Shown here one piece after another: positions 34,831 through 48,613 of a stretch of 64,000 nt of DNA (positions are counted from its first letter, which is position 1; every line of letters begins with the position of its first letter). Made by a program: the position numbers and the translations under genes. Source of the stretch: Amoebophrya sp. A120 (Eukaryota > Protista > Dinoflagellata); assembly GCA_905178155.1 (NCBI GenBank), contig CAJINV010000003.1, positions 3,148,260 through 3,212,259 of the forward strand, given 5' to 3'. The notes below the pieces were generated by a model. That model worked only from the letters and a program-made list of their open reading frames with translations. It had not been told where the DNA came from and made no database searches.

Positions 34831-37800
34831 ATGGAGGGCCGGGAATCGTCGGAATCGTGGCGCGACGTTCAGATTTCTCGAGCACTATGGCTGGCCGCGA
34901 ATGGAGGAGCTCGCGGACGGGGGTGTGACGCCCTAGTTCTGCCCCAGTTTCGCTACGATGTCAGCACGGCCCAAATCGTATACGCATGGCCTGCAACAGT
35001 GGAGAAAAGTCTTTTTTCGGAGTTCGTCCGCGCTGACAAGAAAGACGAGCTTCGTGAAAACTACTTCGTGCTCCAAATGATTGACAGGAGCGCGGACGAT
35101 GCCGTCTGCGGGTTCCCGGCGTATAGCTACCAGACAGATCCAAATCGAGAAGGTATTCTACGCCATGGAGTTTACGCCCCGACAGGCTCTAGCGGGACGA
35201 GGTCGCACTACAACGTGATCGGGTGTAGCAACTCGCAGTTGCAAAAATCCACTTTTTTGTTCCGTCGTGGAACCTTGCAGGGGAACGCGAAGTTTTTTCG
35301 GAGGCTCGTGGGCGTGCATCTGGAAAAACTGGAGGAGAAAAAAGGTATCCCGAAGCGCATGAAGTACGCCGGTCTACTGTTTTCAGGCTGTCAAGTCATC
35401 GCCGATTTGCCCCCGGAAACTGAAGTTGTGGAGATTACGGATACCAAGTTCACTGACGGATGCGGACTGATTAGCCACAAACTCGCACTTTGCTTGTCGA
35501 AGCAGATGAAACGCTCGGCGGGCGGAACAGAGCGCGACTCGCTGCCGAGCGTTTTTCAGATTCGGTTTGCCGGAGAAGTTTTGGAACTGTCAAAAGAGAT
35601 TGAGGAACCACGGAAGACGAACAGCTATGTCTGCAAAGGTATTCTCGTTGTTGATCCCGATCAGAAGGACTCCTTCAGAATTTCGTTTCGGAGATCCATG
35701 CTGAAAATGCGACTAAGCGACACCAGCGCGCTGCAGAACAAAGTCGGAATACTAGCAACCAGCAGGCGCAATATCGGCAAAATGTCGAAGCAGTTTATTA
35801 CGCTGCTTAGCGCAACCGTACCGGCCCGAGACCTCCTTGCATTGCAGAAGACGCATCTGGAGGCTCTGCGTGATTTTCCACACCGCCCCCTTGCTCTGGC
35901 GTATCTTGCAGCCATGGACCACCGCCCCCTCACCTGGCAGAAGTATCTGAGACTGATCGACCTCATCGTGGAAAGCAGCGGCATGCAAGAAAAACCTGAG
36001 CGAGTACCTGCGCTGTACGACGCGCTCATTTCTTGCCTCCGAGGGTTCTACGATGAAAAAAAGTTCCAGATTCATCTCGGCTGTTCGCGCATGGTACTCG
36101 GAGCAGCCTGGCCCGAAGCGCTCCACGAGAACTTGGAGGAAGGTGAGTGTGTTTTTTTTACCGACCAGGGCCTATTTGAGGGCGAGGTAATTCTTTACAG
36201 GAGTCCATCCTACTCTCCGGGCGACATTCGCCCGCTCCGTGCGGTTGGTCTCCCCGAGAACCACCCCGCTCGGTCCCTACGCAACGTGATCTTCTTCGCG
36301 ACCAAAGGCGAACGCCCCGAGGCAGACAAGGCGAGTGGTGGCGACCTGGACGGCGATCTTTTTTTGGTAACGTGGGACTCGCGGCTGGTGAAGTATTCCA
36401 GCGAGATTGCAAAATGGAAACCCGCAGACTACGATGGTCCTGTAGTAGCCGGAATTTCCGGCGGCGCCGTACATCGCCCAAAAGAAGACTGGATTCTGTA
36501 CGCGTCGCGTTGGAACAATGACATGCTTGGCATCGTAGACAGTGCGTTTTATTCCATTGTGCGCGAAAGTGGCCTCGACGGCGAGAACGCCCGGCGCTTG
36601 AACCTGCTCTTCAGCAGCGTGGTGGACAACAACCCGGCATCTATTCGAGAGTTCAACAAACTCGTCACGTCTACATACGTGCGCTGCGCGGATCCGCTCA
36701 AGAGCGGCACGGTGGATCTTCTGAACGACAACGTGAACGACGCTGCTCCTTGGGAAAAAGCGCTGCACATTCACAAGGCTTTTGCAAAGACGTTCAACGG
36801 TACAGAGCGAAATAAAGAACAGCGACTTGACGACTACAAAACCTTCTACGAAAATGTGCTGACTTGTCGCGATGCTTTGTCCGCGGAGGAGAGAAGCCAC
36901 TTTTTCGCTGTACTTGGAGAGCACGGTATGAGCGACTGGGACGAACGCATTTCAGAAGCGATGAAGCGCCTTCTTTTCCTGCAGGAGAGGAGCCCGCGGC
37001 ATGCAGTGGCGTCCATTTCGGATTGTAAACATAACAAAAAATGCAGACTTGCTGTGCAAGAGTTGGAAGTCATCCGAAACCAAGAGATACCAAACCTGTT
37101 CAAACAAGGAATCATCAACCTTGACGTGCAGCGTTTGGAAGCACAAGAGAAGATCAAAGAGCAGAACGAAAAGTGGCTCCGCAAGCTGGACGACTACGAA
37201 GCAAGGCGACGAGACTGCAACGGAGCGCATCAGGTAAAGCAGCAAGAACTGATATCTGCTTTGGAAAATATGGATCGAACTTACGAGGTCGCACGAGACG
37301 AGAGAAGAAAGAGGCGAATGGAGCTTGAAGGGCAGATGGAAATCATGGAAGAGACGATTCGCTGTCTGGACGATGAGAAACGGAAGAGAGAGACGGAGGT
37401 GGATTCGTGCACAGAAGAGCTCCGAAGGATGGGGCGATTAGATAGATATGTGCTCAAGCGTTCCCTAGCCGCCCAGCTTGAGGAGCGAAAGAGCCAAGCA
37501 GTGGGGGAAATACAGCGGATTGAAGAAAGGATATCGCGAAGGAGAAGCGAATTGCGGAAGCTCGAAGCTAACAGAAGGGAGTACTTCTCTTGGCGGAAAG
37601 AGCAGAGAGACCGTCTCTCGGAACAGAAGGAAACCTACAAGAGTAAGGCATTAGCTGATACCGATTCTCTCATGGCGAAAATCGATAAAGAAGAAGAGGC
37701 CTTCAGGTCCGGCGAGCGGCGGGAAATATTGAAAAGTGAGCACGACGTTCTGGCTGTAGAACTCAAGCTGATCAAGGATGAGCGCGAACGAGAAGACGCC

Positions 37801-40800
37801 GAAAGGAAGCAGTTGCAGAATGATATACGCGACTGCAAAGCGGAGCTTGTACAGGCAAAGAATCGCGTTGCAGAGTTGCAAAGGGAGCACGAAGAAGTCT
37901 CCAATGTCCTGCAAATGTGTCGACTGGCGGAGCGAAAAAGTGAGAATGCGGAGGAATTTGGGGACAGTGATTTGTGCTTTTCCACTTACGCAAGGTTTAA
38001 GAAGCTTCTCGCTGCAGTCAGTCCTGCTTGTGAGTGTTTCGGGACCCAGGTACCGGAGCCGCGTACTTGTCAGGAGCTGAGTAATCCCAACCTTCTCAGA
38101 CAGTTCCGGTCCGACGTTAGGGCTGCGCGAAAAGCAGTGGCGCAACATGCAGAAGATGTCGACGAGGATGTCCGAGCTGCCGACGAACTGCTTGGCGAAA
38201 GAAGGAAAGAGTATGGGAAGAGCGAAAGGAAGAAGCACCGTACGCGCATCGAAGAAGCAGAGTCAGCGCTCAAACTTACAACAGCAAATCGTACGCGCTT
38301 CAACGCGAAACGGAAGGAATTTGAGGAGCTCTACAAGCAGACACGCGGCGAGCTCTTGGACGGAATGACTCCTACCACATTTGCGAAATTTTCCGGGTGC
38401 TTTAAATGCGTGAATCAGCCACCACAATCTCAATCTGCGGCTGGCCAGACAAGGGGCATCGAATGTGAAGCGGATTTTTCTTGCAAAGTCTTGAGGGAGT
38501 TCAGAATGGAATTCGAAAGCGTTGATGCCGACCTTCGAAGTGAAAGTCCGTTTCTCGACCATAGCGATGTTTTCCGGCGTAGTAAGAAGTTGGTGACCAC
38601 CATGCTAGAAGAACTGCCGAAATGCAAAGTGGAGATCGAAGCTAGCATCGTCACACAGAAAGAGAAGCGAAATGAAATCAAGCACCAACTTGGAGACTTT
38701 AACAGCACGCTCGAGGAAGCGGACGCCACTATCGCGCAGCTGGACAAAGAGATCGAAGACAAAACTGGAGCGGATGTACGAAAGAGAGCGGAGCTAGCAG
38801 ATCTCTACTCTGCGGAGATTGTCCTCGAGGAGGAAGGCAAGCTGGCATTGCTGGAAGCGGAGGAGGAATGTACTCACCTGGCCATGACGCATCTGCGATT
38901 TCGCGTTGACGAAGTGAGTCGGTTCGTAGACCAGCAACTGGACCTGCTCGACGAGGCAAACAACTCGCTCTTTGCGGCGGAGTTTCACAAGCGGCGCCTC
39001 GGTATTCAACGGGCAATGGCGACGGAGGAAAATCGGCTGTACGGAATGAAAAGGGCGGATGGCAAGCGCGGCGGCCCCATGCCTGTGTACAACAAGCGGG
39101 CGGAGCTGAATCGTGTTTTGCGCGAAGGAGATGCAGTCATTGTCACGGCTGGGACGGGGTGCGGAAAGAGTACACAAGTCCCACAGTATCTCGCCGATGA
39201 TCTTCGCAGCCTGGTGGCATCGAAGGAAGGCAGCAGCGGCGACCCCGATCGTTCGTTTCGCGTATGCTGCACACAGCCACGTCGCCTAGCCGCGCAGTCC
39301 ATCGCGCAACGGGTGGCGCAGGAGTACGGGACGGAAGTGGGAAAACTGGTTGGGTTTCGTGTCGGCAACCGCGGCTCAGAGAAAACGGCAAGCTCCAAGC
39401 AGATCTCGAGGGAAACTGTCATCGAGTTTGCCACCGAGGGACTGCTTTTGCACCAGCTATCACGGTCGCCTGATAGCATCGCAAACTACGACTGCATCAT
39501 CATTGACGAAGCGCACGAGCGTAACAAAGAAACCGATTTGCTCTTGACTATTTGCCGCAATCACCTGCGAAAGTCTGATCGCAAACCCTTGAAGGTGGTA
39601 GTCATGTCGGCATCGATCGATCCGTCACGCTTCTGTGCCTACTTCGACAACTGTGCGACAGTGGACTGCCCGGGAAAAAACTTCCCTGTGGAAGAGATTT
39701 ATCTCCCCATCGAAGTAGCGTCGTCTCCCGGTGAGAATCATAGCGGGTCCTTTGATAATTTGGTCGAGCATGCGGTGGAAGTTCTTTTTGAGGAGATCGT
39801 AGGCAAGCGGGCCGAAGAGAAAGGGGACGTGCTGATCTTTCTGGCTGGGGCAAAACCCATTAGCGAGTGTGTGCAGAGCATTAAAAGTCGGGCTATGGAT
39901 GAGGGGCTCGATGACCGCGTGGTTGCTTACCCGCTTTACGCCAGTATGCCAGAGGAGGACAAGGATCACGCAAAAGACCCGGAGCACCGAACTGGACTCG
40001 TTGAGCGAGACCCTGACGACATCGGCACCAGCGTTGGAAAGACGAAGAAGAAAAAACCACGACTGCCTTCAGTAGCGACGTACCGACGTAAGGTGATTTG
40101 TTGCACCAACATCGCGGAGACGTCTCTGACCATTGACGGGGTATGCTTTGTATTGGACGGTGGAACGTCGAAGCAGCTGTCTTACAACCATGACCTTCGA
40201 TGCAGCGCCCTGCGTGAAGAGAGGATTTCGCAGGCCTCAGCGAAGCAGAGGCGCGGGCGAGCGGGTCGAACGCGGCCTGGAGTATGTTTTTATCTGTACT
40301 CGAAAGATACACACGAAAATGTGATGCCGGACTACGACCAGCCACAGATCCTTCGCGTATCCGTCGACTCGCTCGTGCTGTATGCCTTACACGTTCAAGG
40401 TTGCAGTATCGAGGATCTCGGTTTGTTGGACTGTCCAACGGAAGCACACATAGCTGCAGCGAAGCAGCGGCTTCTCGACTTGCGGATGGTGCAACTGAAG
40501 GAAGAAAATTTTGTTTTGTCGCGTTTGGCACTGTCACCTCCTACGACAGTAGAGCTGACAGCGGACGGCGAGATTGCGGCAACGCTGAGTTCCAGTATTT
40601 CCGCCGAAGGTGTGCGGATGATTTTGGAAGCGCGCGAAATCGGCCATTTGCAGGCCGCGATGAAACTTGCCGTGTTGTTGTCCCTTGACGACGACGTGTA
40701 CGCACGGAAGAAGAAAAAAGACGCGAACGGCGCTCAAGAAGGTACTGAGGAGCCTGCAAATAGGAGCGAGTGATTTACGTACACTCATTTTACAACGATG

Positions 40801-43800
40801 CGATAGCGATATTCGTATCTTTTTAGTGTTTCGAATGCACGGTGCGTGGACTGTTTCGCTTTTGACGGTTGTCCAACTACTTCATTGACTAATCTATCTT
40901 CCGTTTCACACCAATCAGGTCAAGATGATGAAGGAGTGAGGCATAACGCTCTCGGTGACCATTTGGCCACGTTGGGCGACGTCGAAACTTTTGAAAGAGA
41001 AAGACAACGCCAGAGGAAGGACAAGAATAGCAAGCAGCTGCGGAATTGGTGTAAGCGCAAGAAGCTCATCTACTACGTCGTCGAAAGGGTTCTTCAAAGC
41101 GTCGAGCAGTGCCACAGCGAGTTAAAGAAGCGGAAAATGATCGGGCAGCAACATCCTGATGCTCTGCCGAATTCCCGGATATTCTCGAAGAACGAAAGTC
41201 TTCTGCGAGCAGCAATCTGTGGCTATTTTGATCAAATCGTCGAGTGCGTGAACCCTGGGTCCACCAAGCTCAGTTTCGTGCGGATATCTGAAATAAAAAA
41301 GTCCAAGAGCACAGAGTTTGAAACTGCAACGCAGCCTGGCAAAGAAGCCCGCGACAGGCCGACGCTAATTCTCGACAAAGAGTCATGTCTGTTTGAGGTG
41401 TTGCAGGAGCGCGACGAAGCGGAGGAAAGCGAGAGCGATGAGGAGAATACGACGGGCGCTTTAGCTGCGGGCAACAGCGACATGGAAGCCGAACCTCCGT
41501 GCTCGCACCACCTCGCCTTTCTGTTTTTCAGCCAATTGCTGTCGATCCAGACCAAAAGGGGCGGAGTCTTGACCATAATGCGCGGTGCGAGTTTGATCCA
41601 AGGAACATGGATCGAGCAGCACGCACCACAGCAATGGATGGCGCGGCTTGACTTCGATCCGAAGAAATCAAGCGTGTGCCGCGAAACTATCCGCTTCGTC
41701 GGACGCACTGTTTTAGCACAGCTGAAGGACAAGCTGCCAAACCGCGACACTTACCCTGGGCTCATGGATACGAAGGTCTTCTGGAACAGCGCAATGGTGC
41801 GGATGCTCGGTACACAGGAAGCGACTTCGACTGCGAAGGAAGACCTGCGAATGCGAATACGGGAGATTCGCGACAAGCTCACGCAGGACGAACAAACTTT
41901 TCCCACGATTGAGGTCTACAGCAAGGGATACAAGCTGAAGTTTAATCATGGCCTCGTCCTGGCAGACCTGCAAAGCATCGGGAAAACGCGTAGTGCCCAC
42001 GACTCCGGCGCAAGCGATCCTGTGATAATGTGCGCCGGCATCACTCTCCCATGTCATGCTTTGAAGTTTTCGCCTGCAGCTGCTGTGTCATCAAAGCGCG
42101 GAGGCAACGCCGACGGAGACTATTCTCGGCACGACGGATGCTGCTTCGCCGACATGGAGTTTCTCAAGGATCATTATCGCTTCCGCCTTTCGCAAGATGG
42201 TCGTGAACTAACACTATTTCTCAATGCCGGTCTGAGAAGTGATGTGTTTGAAGCGCGGATACGTAAAAATGCTCTGCCGCAGGGTATCACCATGGTGACC
42301 GAGACGTCCCTCCCGAAACTTACCTTTCGTCACTGTAAGGATTCTGCGGAAGACTCGGATGCACACACCGAATACAACACCGACGTTAGCGCGTCTAGTT
42401 TGCCAGTCGCAACTTCTAGCGGCGGTGGCGGTTTTGGAAAAAGTAAGACAGGTAAAAAAAAGGGAAAAGGTAAAGGTGAAGGAAAGAAATCTTCCAAGCC
42501 CGTGAAGCTCAAAAGCCCTCCTAACAGTGCGGGAAGAAAAGGAAAGGGAAAAATGAAAGAGTCCGGTGTGGTTGCGTTTCACGCGCTCGAGAACTTCAAA
42601 TCGACACTGGAATTAAGTGGTGCTCTCGAGCCGTACCGCGTTGATGTCTTGCAAGTATTGATGAAGGTGTATAACCAGGGAGGCTCGTTGGCGGACCGCA
42701 GCGTAAGCGTGAGCGAGGAGTTGCAGGCGATACAATCGGAGTTGCGGCAAAGTTACCTGTTCTGGCACACTTTCGTCACGGAATCGCTGGCGCGCATGGG
42801 AGTGGTACAAACATCACTTGCGCTCCGTCTGCATGCGGAGCAAAAAAAGAAAGACCACTGGGATATTTTCGTACGACTGAGGTCGTCCACCCCACCGGTG
42901 TTTGAGGTCTTCGGAGAGAAAGCGGACCACGCCAAGACCGTGCTCTTCGACGCGTTGCGCAACCTCCTTCGCCCTAGCTCCGTGGCAACGGCATACTACA
43001 GACCGACACTGCTGAAGAATGCGAAGTTGCATGTCGCGCGACTGTGTGCAGTGGTGCAGGAGGTCCGCTGTTTGTATCCGCGGGTGAGGATTTTTATCCG
43101 GCTGGAAAGTGCAACATGTCGTGCCCGACGCGGAGTCGGAGGCGTCGACACAAGCGATGGCGAATGCGACATGGGGCCTAGCGAAATAAAATCCGCTGCA
43201 TGTAGTCTCGACACGATCACGAAGGAGCAGTCGGAGGTGCTAGACAACGACTCGTCTTCAAGTAGCGACTGTTCATCGGACGAGGCTCCAAGTCTGGACA
43301 CCGCGCGCGCCGCCAGTTCTGCGTTTGTTCCATTTCGATGTGAACTAGAGCGCCTTCTTGCTCTTTCATCGGATTGCTCGTCTACCGGGGCGGGTGCCCT
43401 AACCGTTGTACTTCAGGAAGTATCTCCCTGCTTGGGACGCACAAAGCAGACTGCCGCAACCGCTAGTGACCTCGAAACTCAAGAAGTGCGCAAAGCTTGC
43501 GCACTCGTACGAAACAGATTTCGACTTTCAGGTTCAGCCCCAGCGCTCGCAACTGCAGATACTCTCCATCAAGAATCACGACCACTAGAGGAGGGGGAGC
43601 CGGACCCAAAACAGGGACACAGTAGAAGGCGGTGTGTCATGTGTGGGCGTTGCACGACCCGCAGTGAGCGCAAAGATAGAGGACGCAAGTTTGAAGCTCT
43701 TCGTGCGTCGGAGAATAAGCAGGATCCACGTAACAAGCCCTGCGACGCACTGGTAGAGCCCCAAGGCTACGAGCTGACTTTGTGCGGATGCAAATATTGC

Positions 43801-44292
43801 AAACCATGTTTTTTACAATGCGTAATGCTGTCTATCATCGAAACCGGAATAGCAAAATGCAGACGGTGCGAAACGGACATTCTAGCGAAGGACTGTCGAA
43901 ACATAATCTGTCAGCGCGGAGGAGAGTTGCAGCAGGAATTGGACTGGCAGCTCGTTTGCGATCTGGCTGTTTCCGAGCACTTAACAAGGGATGCTGAAGA
44001 CAGCCGCGAGAATGTTATTGCTTTTTCCCGAGCAGCTAAGGAAGACGCATCAATGGGCAGATTGTCAGGCCAATCAGTCACTGTGACCGACAACGTGACG
44101 TGCCCGGAGTGCAACACGACAAGTGCGTATCTTGCTGGGCCTGCGCAACGGGCGGGGCTTCGATTCGTTCGATGCAGGAACGAAGCTGCTTGTGGCAGTG
44201 TAATTTGCACTCTCTGTAATCGTGTCGTGCGCAACAAAAACGACGTTCAGCGATGCAGTGGCGGGTTCTGTTCCGGTGACACACAGGATTGA
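34831..44292 (+). CDS. Fusion protein (~3,094 aa): cellular RNA-dependent RNA polymerase + coiled coil + DEAH/RHA RNA helicase (with HA2/OB-like region) + RING/IBR-like zinc fingers
   Basis: Exons 34831-40741 and 40919-44292; GT-AG intron 40742-40918 with TGACTAAT branch site; 9,285 nt, in frame. RdRP motifs SNSQL, FTDGCGLIS, PSVFQIRFAG, CKGIL, RSPSYSPGDIR, SGGDLDGDLFLVTWD (~36343). Helicase motifs GTGCGKST (~39151), TQPRRLAA, DEAH (~39505), MSAS, LIFLAG, TNIAETSLTIDGV, QRRGRAGR (~40246), GDHLATL. C-terminal CVMC..CGCKYCKPC..CRRC and CPEC..CRNEAAC..CTLC. Confidence 0.9.
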
Positions 44293-44812
44293 GTAGTTCG
44301 TCAAATTTTCGGCAACGGTAAAGACCGGAAATGATCGTATAAGCAAGAAATTTCCACCGCTGATTCCCATTCCACCGATCCGGCGACGGATCCTCATTCA
44401 GGAACATAAAGAAATTTCTACTGCGAAAATTCTGCTGAAGTGCAGTCTCGTATTTTGTCTCAGAAGCTGGATGTTCTTGTTCTTCATGCAACTAAGGATG
44501 TCAGGAAACTTTTCCACGTCGCGTGGAGGAAGCAGTGGAGAGTCACTGTGAAGGGCCCGGGCCGCGTTTTTCCTTATCCGAAAAATGGTGCAACTGAGAG
44601 AAAAATAACTGACCCCGTGCTATAGCCGAAATTCCCGTTCCTCTGTGACTCATTTGTACGTATTCTTAAGTAGGCAAGAGTAGTATAGTTCAGCCTCGTC
44701 AATTCCTCTTGTTCCTTCGTTAGCCTCAATAATGAGGAAAAGCCGTACAACAACGAGCCACGGTTGTGGAGGGGAACCTTCCTGTGGCCCGCTGCAGCAC
44801 TGCTCGCACTGC

Positions 44813-45382
44813 ATGGAGCCTTTGGCTGCATTTTTATCGTTTTTTCTCTACTTTGCCGTGCTCTGTAACGCTCTGAATGTCGGGGAGTTGGATCCTCGCG
44901 TAATTGGTGCCGGTACAGCAGGAAGCCCGTTGCAAGCTATCACAGTGGCTGTTGATCATGATGCAGAGACGCAGGAGTTTTCACCGGAATCGGAAAGCAC
45001 CGCCGATGTTTCTGAGTTCGAGTCGTCTGGTCTCTCTGACGACCGCAAAACCTCCGACCGTGCGCCCTCGGATCCATCGAGTCGTATCAAAACTACAGCA
45101 GCGAATGAAAATGGTTCTTCAACGTACTTGGAAAGCCAGTCTCGACGTGGAGAACAAGCTTCGCAGGAACAAGATATTCCTGGCGCACCACATGCATTGC
45201 GGTCAACATCATCTTCCGACATTGCGGTGCAAAGTTTGCGACAGTATTTGGCCCGATTCGAGATTGAAGTGAATGCTAGAATGAAGAAATTGGAAGCGGA
45301 AAAAGAACACGTGAACACCAGAATGCACGAGCTGGGGGAGGAAAACAAGATGCTAAACAGAGAACTCGCCGACCAAAAGTAG
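44813..45382 (+). CDS. Hypothetical secreted Ser-rich/coiled-coil protein
   Basis: Signal-peptide-like MEPLAAFLSFFLYFAVLCNA, an acidic Ser-rich middle and a C-terminal heptad region. Confidence 0.5.
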   Translation: MEPLAAFLSFFLYFAVLCNALNVGELDPRVIGAGTAGSPLQAITVAVDHDAETQEFSPESESTADVSEFESSGLSDDRKTSDRAPSDPSSRIKTTAANENGSSTYLESQSRRGEQASQEQDIPGAPHALRSTSSSDIAVQSLRQYLARFEIEVNARMKKLEAEKEHVNTRMHELGEENKMLNRELADQK

Positions 45383-46048
45383 TACAACTCCCTGCCTCTA
45401 ATAAATAAAAAGGATAACAAATCAAAGCAACAAGAGCTGAGTCCAGTAAAGCTTTCCTGTGTCCGTCTCTCTATAACAGCGCCAAACAGCAACGCGGCCC
45501 GTTCGGATGCACGTAGCATCCATTGATATCCCCCTAGAGTCCACAAAATCGCAAAGATCTCTCTGATCATTTTTTCCGCCCTTTAGGCTAGATAGGAGGT
45601 GTCAGGGGGCGAGGTAGTGATATAGGCTCGCACACCTGAGGATGTAGGCTGCCTTGCTAGTTGCAAGTGAGTCATTCCCGACGGTGGGGCGTGATTTTAT
45701 ATGCGAACAAGGTAAGGCTTCACTGCCGAAACGACGAAGAGACGTTGGTTCAGCGTAGCACTGTCAAATGGCAACCGAACCTATGCACAGCTAAGTTTTT
45801 CTAGCCACGGCAGTGTTGCTCACTCCGTACCGGGTCCCGTGCGAGCAACCGTAGCCAGCGGAGTGGAGAGGGAAACCACTGTTCAGACGTTACCGGAGAA
45901 ATTTGGTAACGATTGGATCCCGGGAGCGCACCCACAGAACTTGTCCATGGACCTGTGAAGAACACGACGGCAGCGATCTCCGATCATTCTCATCATCACT
46001 CCGATCTGAAGTTGCTTTTGTGATCTTTATGAGTTTAAGGCTAAGATT

Positions 46049-48017
46049 ATGTTTTCAAAAAAAAAAAAAAAGTCGTACAACTCCCGGGCTTTCCGCCGGA
46101 TCCGGTGGTGTGGTACGTTGACCTACGCCCTCATAAAACTCATCTGGACAGTGCTCTCCGGGAATTTCCGAACGGACCACCACTTCGCCCTGAGTCTCCT
46201 CTGCATTGCAAACCTCGCGTGGTTCTGCGGCACATTGCTACCCTGGTGGTTGGTGTTGTTTGGTAGAGTGGCACCGAGACCAAAGCCTGAAGAAGTATTG
46301 CAAGAACTGGGCGAGAACAACGCGAGAGAGCGGGGCGGCGGTTCAGCAGATGCAGCAGATGAACTTCGTCAACATGACCAAAAAGACGAAAAATCCCGTC
46401 GAATCGGAACAGACGAGAGACTTAATACGGACGCGGCTTCGACGACCCCAGGAGTGATGACTTCTCGTCAGCACTCGCGAGACATCAAAGTCGGACTGGC
46501 TGTGCCACAGTTTCGCCTGCACTGGGACTTCCAGTTTACGGGCACTCTTTCTTCGGTCTGCGGAGGGTAAAATGTTTGCCATTTGCTTGATACTCTACAT
46601 GATCGCATCCCTGCTTTCGCGGTATCCTTTCGAGTGCTACGAGACGTGGTGCGCGTTTCACTTGGACGAAGCAAATCTGGTTCTTGGAATGCCGCGCCTG
46701 CCGCGTCTCAGTTCGCGGACAGAGGTTTTGGCGCGGAGTCTTTGGTCCGTGCTTCCAGTGTTCGGATTCGTAATCGTTGCCAGTGTGCCCTCGCAGTCGC
46801 GACACCGGGTCCGACATCTTTCGCAGGCCGGCGTACTCACTCACTCTGACGAAGAAGAGATGGACGAGCAGGCCCGGGAATCATTGGAGGAAGCGAGACG
46901 CAGCGACTCGAATCAACTACCGGAAGACACCAGGCCAACAAGCGCAACAAGGACTGCACGCGACACGCATCTGTCTGAGCCCTCCGCTACCGCGCACATG
47001 ATCACGAGAGGCTCCGAGGACGTGGTGTTGCTCGAGCGCGCAGAGTGGACGAAAACCTTGCAGGATTTCATTCACTCGGCCGCCGCGTGCGTGTCCTTTT
47101 CTGTGCTTCTGCTCTTCGAGTCCATTCAACTGTTTTGGGGGGAAAACGTCCCCGTGTCGTACATAACTGCCGTGTTCGACTCGAACGCGACAGCGTTCGG
47201 TACCGAAGCAGTGGCGTCGCGTGAACTAACGCCGCGATCCCTGCAGGCATACCACGTTGGGTGCATCGACTGGACCACATCCCCGCGACCGTGGGACCTT
47301 TTCGTTTGGCTCCGCCTCTGCACGCTCCTGACCACGTTGTTGGCTGGGTTGACCCTGGCTCCCATCATGTTCCATAGATCGTTGGCAGTGTCGGGCTCTT
47401 GCAGACAGCGCGAGTCAGTCTTGTTCAAAAGCAAGAAAAATCGGCTGCGAGTGGCTCGATTGAGTTTCGCTCTGGAGGTGTTTGCGTCGTATGGGGTTTT
47501 TCTCCTGCCTCTCCTCGCAGCGTATCAGCAGTCCCTCACCCTGAAATTCGACAACAACAGTTTCTTCACGGAGGAGGTCGCCTGGCCAGCCTACCGCAAG
47601 TTGACTAGGATCCTGCCGCCGGAGAAGCTGTATCTGGAAGAAAGTGTGCCCTTTGACACCACGAACGATCTGGACGCAACGGGTCCCGACGTGCTGCAAG
47701 AGATGGAGATGTTCTCTGCGTGGGACATGGTGCCATTTCCGGTCTTGTGGGAGAAGATCGGCGTCACGGTTGCTAAGGCAGACTTGGCGCTCACCCGGAG
47801 GCAAGTGGCGCAGCAGCACAACGCGCAAACGCAAAAAGCACTGCTGTACGACATGGAGCCGGTTGTGCGGGCGAAGAACAGAACCATGCACGAATTCAAA
47901 GAGACGGGAACAGAAGAGTGGAGCCTACTGGATTTCAAAAAATTGGGGAAGCAATTACTGAGCGATGAGACAATGCTGCAATTGATTTCGGATGAAGCAG
48001 CTGTAATGGAAAAGTGA
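46049..48017 (+). CDS. Hypothetical multi-pass membrane protein (5' structure uncertain)
   Basis: The 481-aa ORF extends upstream to an AG acceptor at 46471 (..SAEGKMFAICL..); the upstream ORF at 46049 supplies further TM segments. Start and first intron are not resolved. Confidence 0.55.
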
Positions 48018-48613
48018 AGAAGACCGCATGTGCTACGTACACTACAGATGACCAGTGATAGCTGTAAAACTTTGAATTCTTGATTGTCTACATACAGCGC
48101 AGAGCGCAACTTTCGTTTGGAGGCACTTGTACAACACCCCTCCTTCGATCTTCAGCAATGCTGCGCCATTTGAAGATTCTCTTAGCTGACGTTGTCGCGG
48201 CCTCGTAGTGTCTAGAAGATCAATCACAAAAGAAAAGAAACAACAATTGCTCCTCAGGTCGGAAGTTCATGAAAAATCGATACTGGTTTACAATGATGCT
48301 GGTGCTCGTACTAGATCATTCGCGCGACATTGATTGCCCACGGACGGTGCGTCCGACATTTCTGTTTGAAAAAAGGTTGTCCTTCCCTGTTGGATTCCTT
48401 GAAATTGGAGTCTTTATCTTATTGCTTTTTTCAAATTGCAAATACCCTAGAGATACGTGTTCGAGAAGCCTCTGTCTTGGACTCCAAGCATTTAACTGTA
48501 ATTGTAAACGAGATTTGATGTCCATGTCACCGATGGACAATAAGATTTAGAGTCGAACAGGTTCAACTTAACCGCCCTTCCTGTGCTACAACGTTTCGTC
48601 GGTCGTAAAAAAG

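Noticed and set aside
34831-36500. Endogenous RNA virus (viral RdRP + helicase)
   Set aside because: The polymerase is the cellular double-psi-barrel DxDGD type rather than a viral GDD palm type, the helicase is RHA-type, and the gene has a spliceosomal intron.
45605-45715. Hairpin (GCGAGGTAG/CTGCCTTGC) followed by TTGCTAGTTG, vaguely U4 snRNA-like
   Set aside because: It lacks the U6-pairing 5' CUUUGCGC and a clear Sm site; unsupported without an Infernal search.
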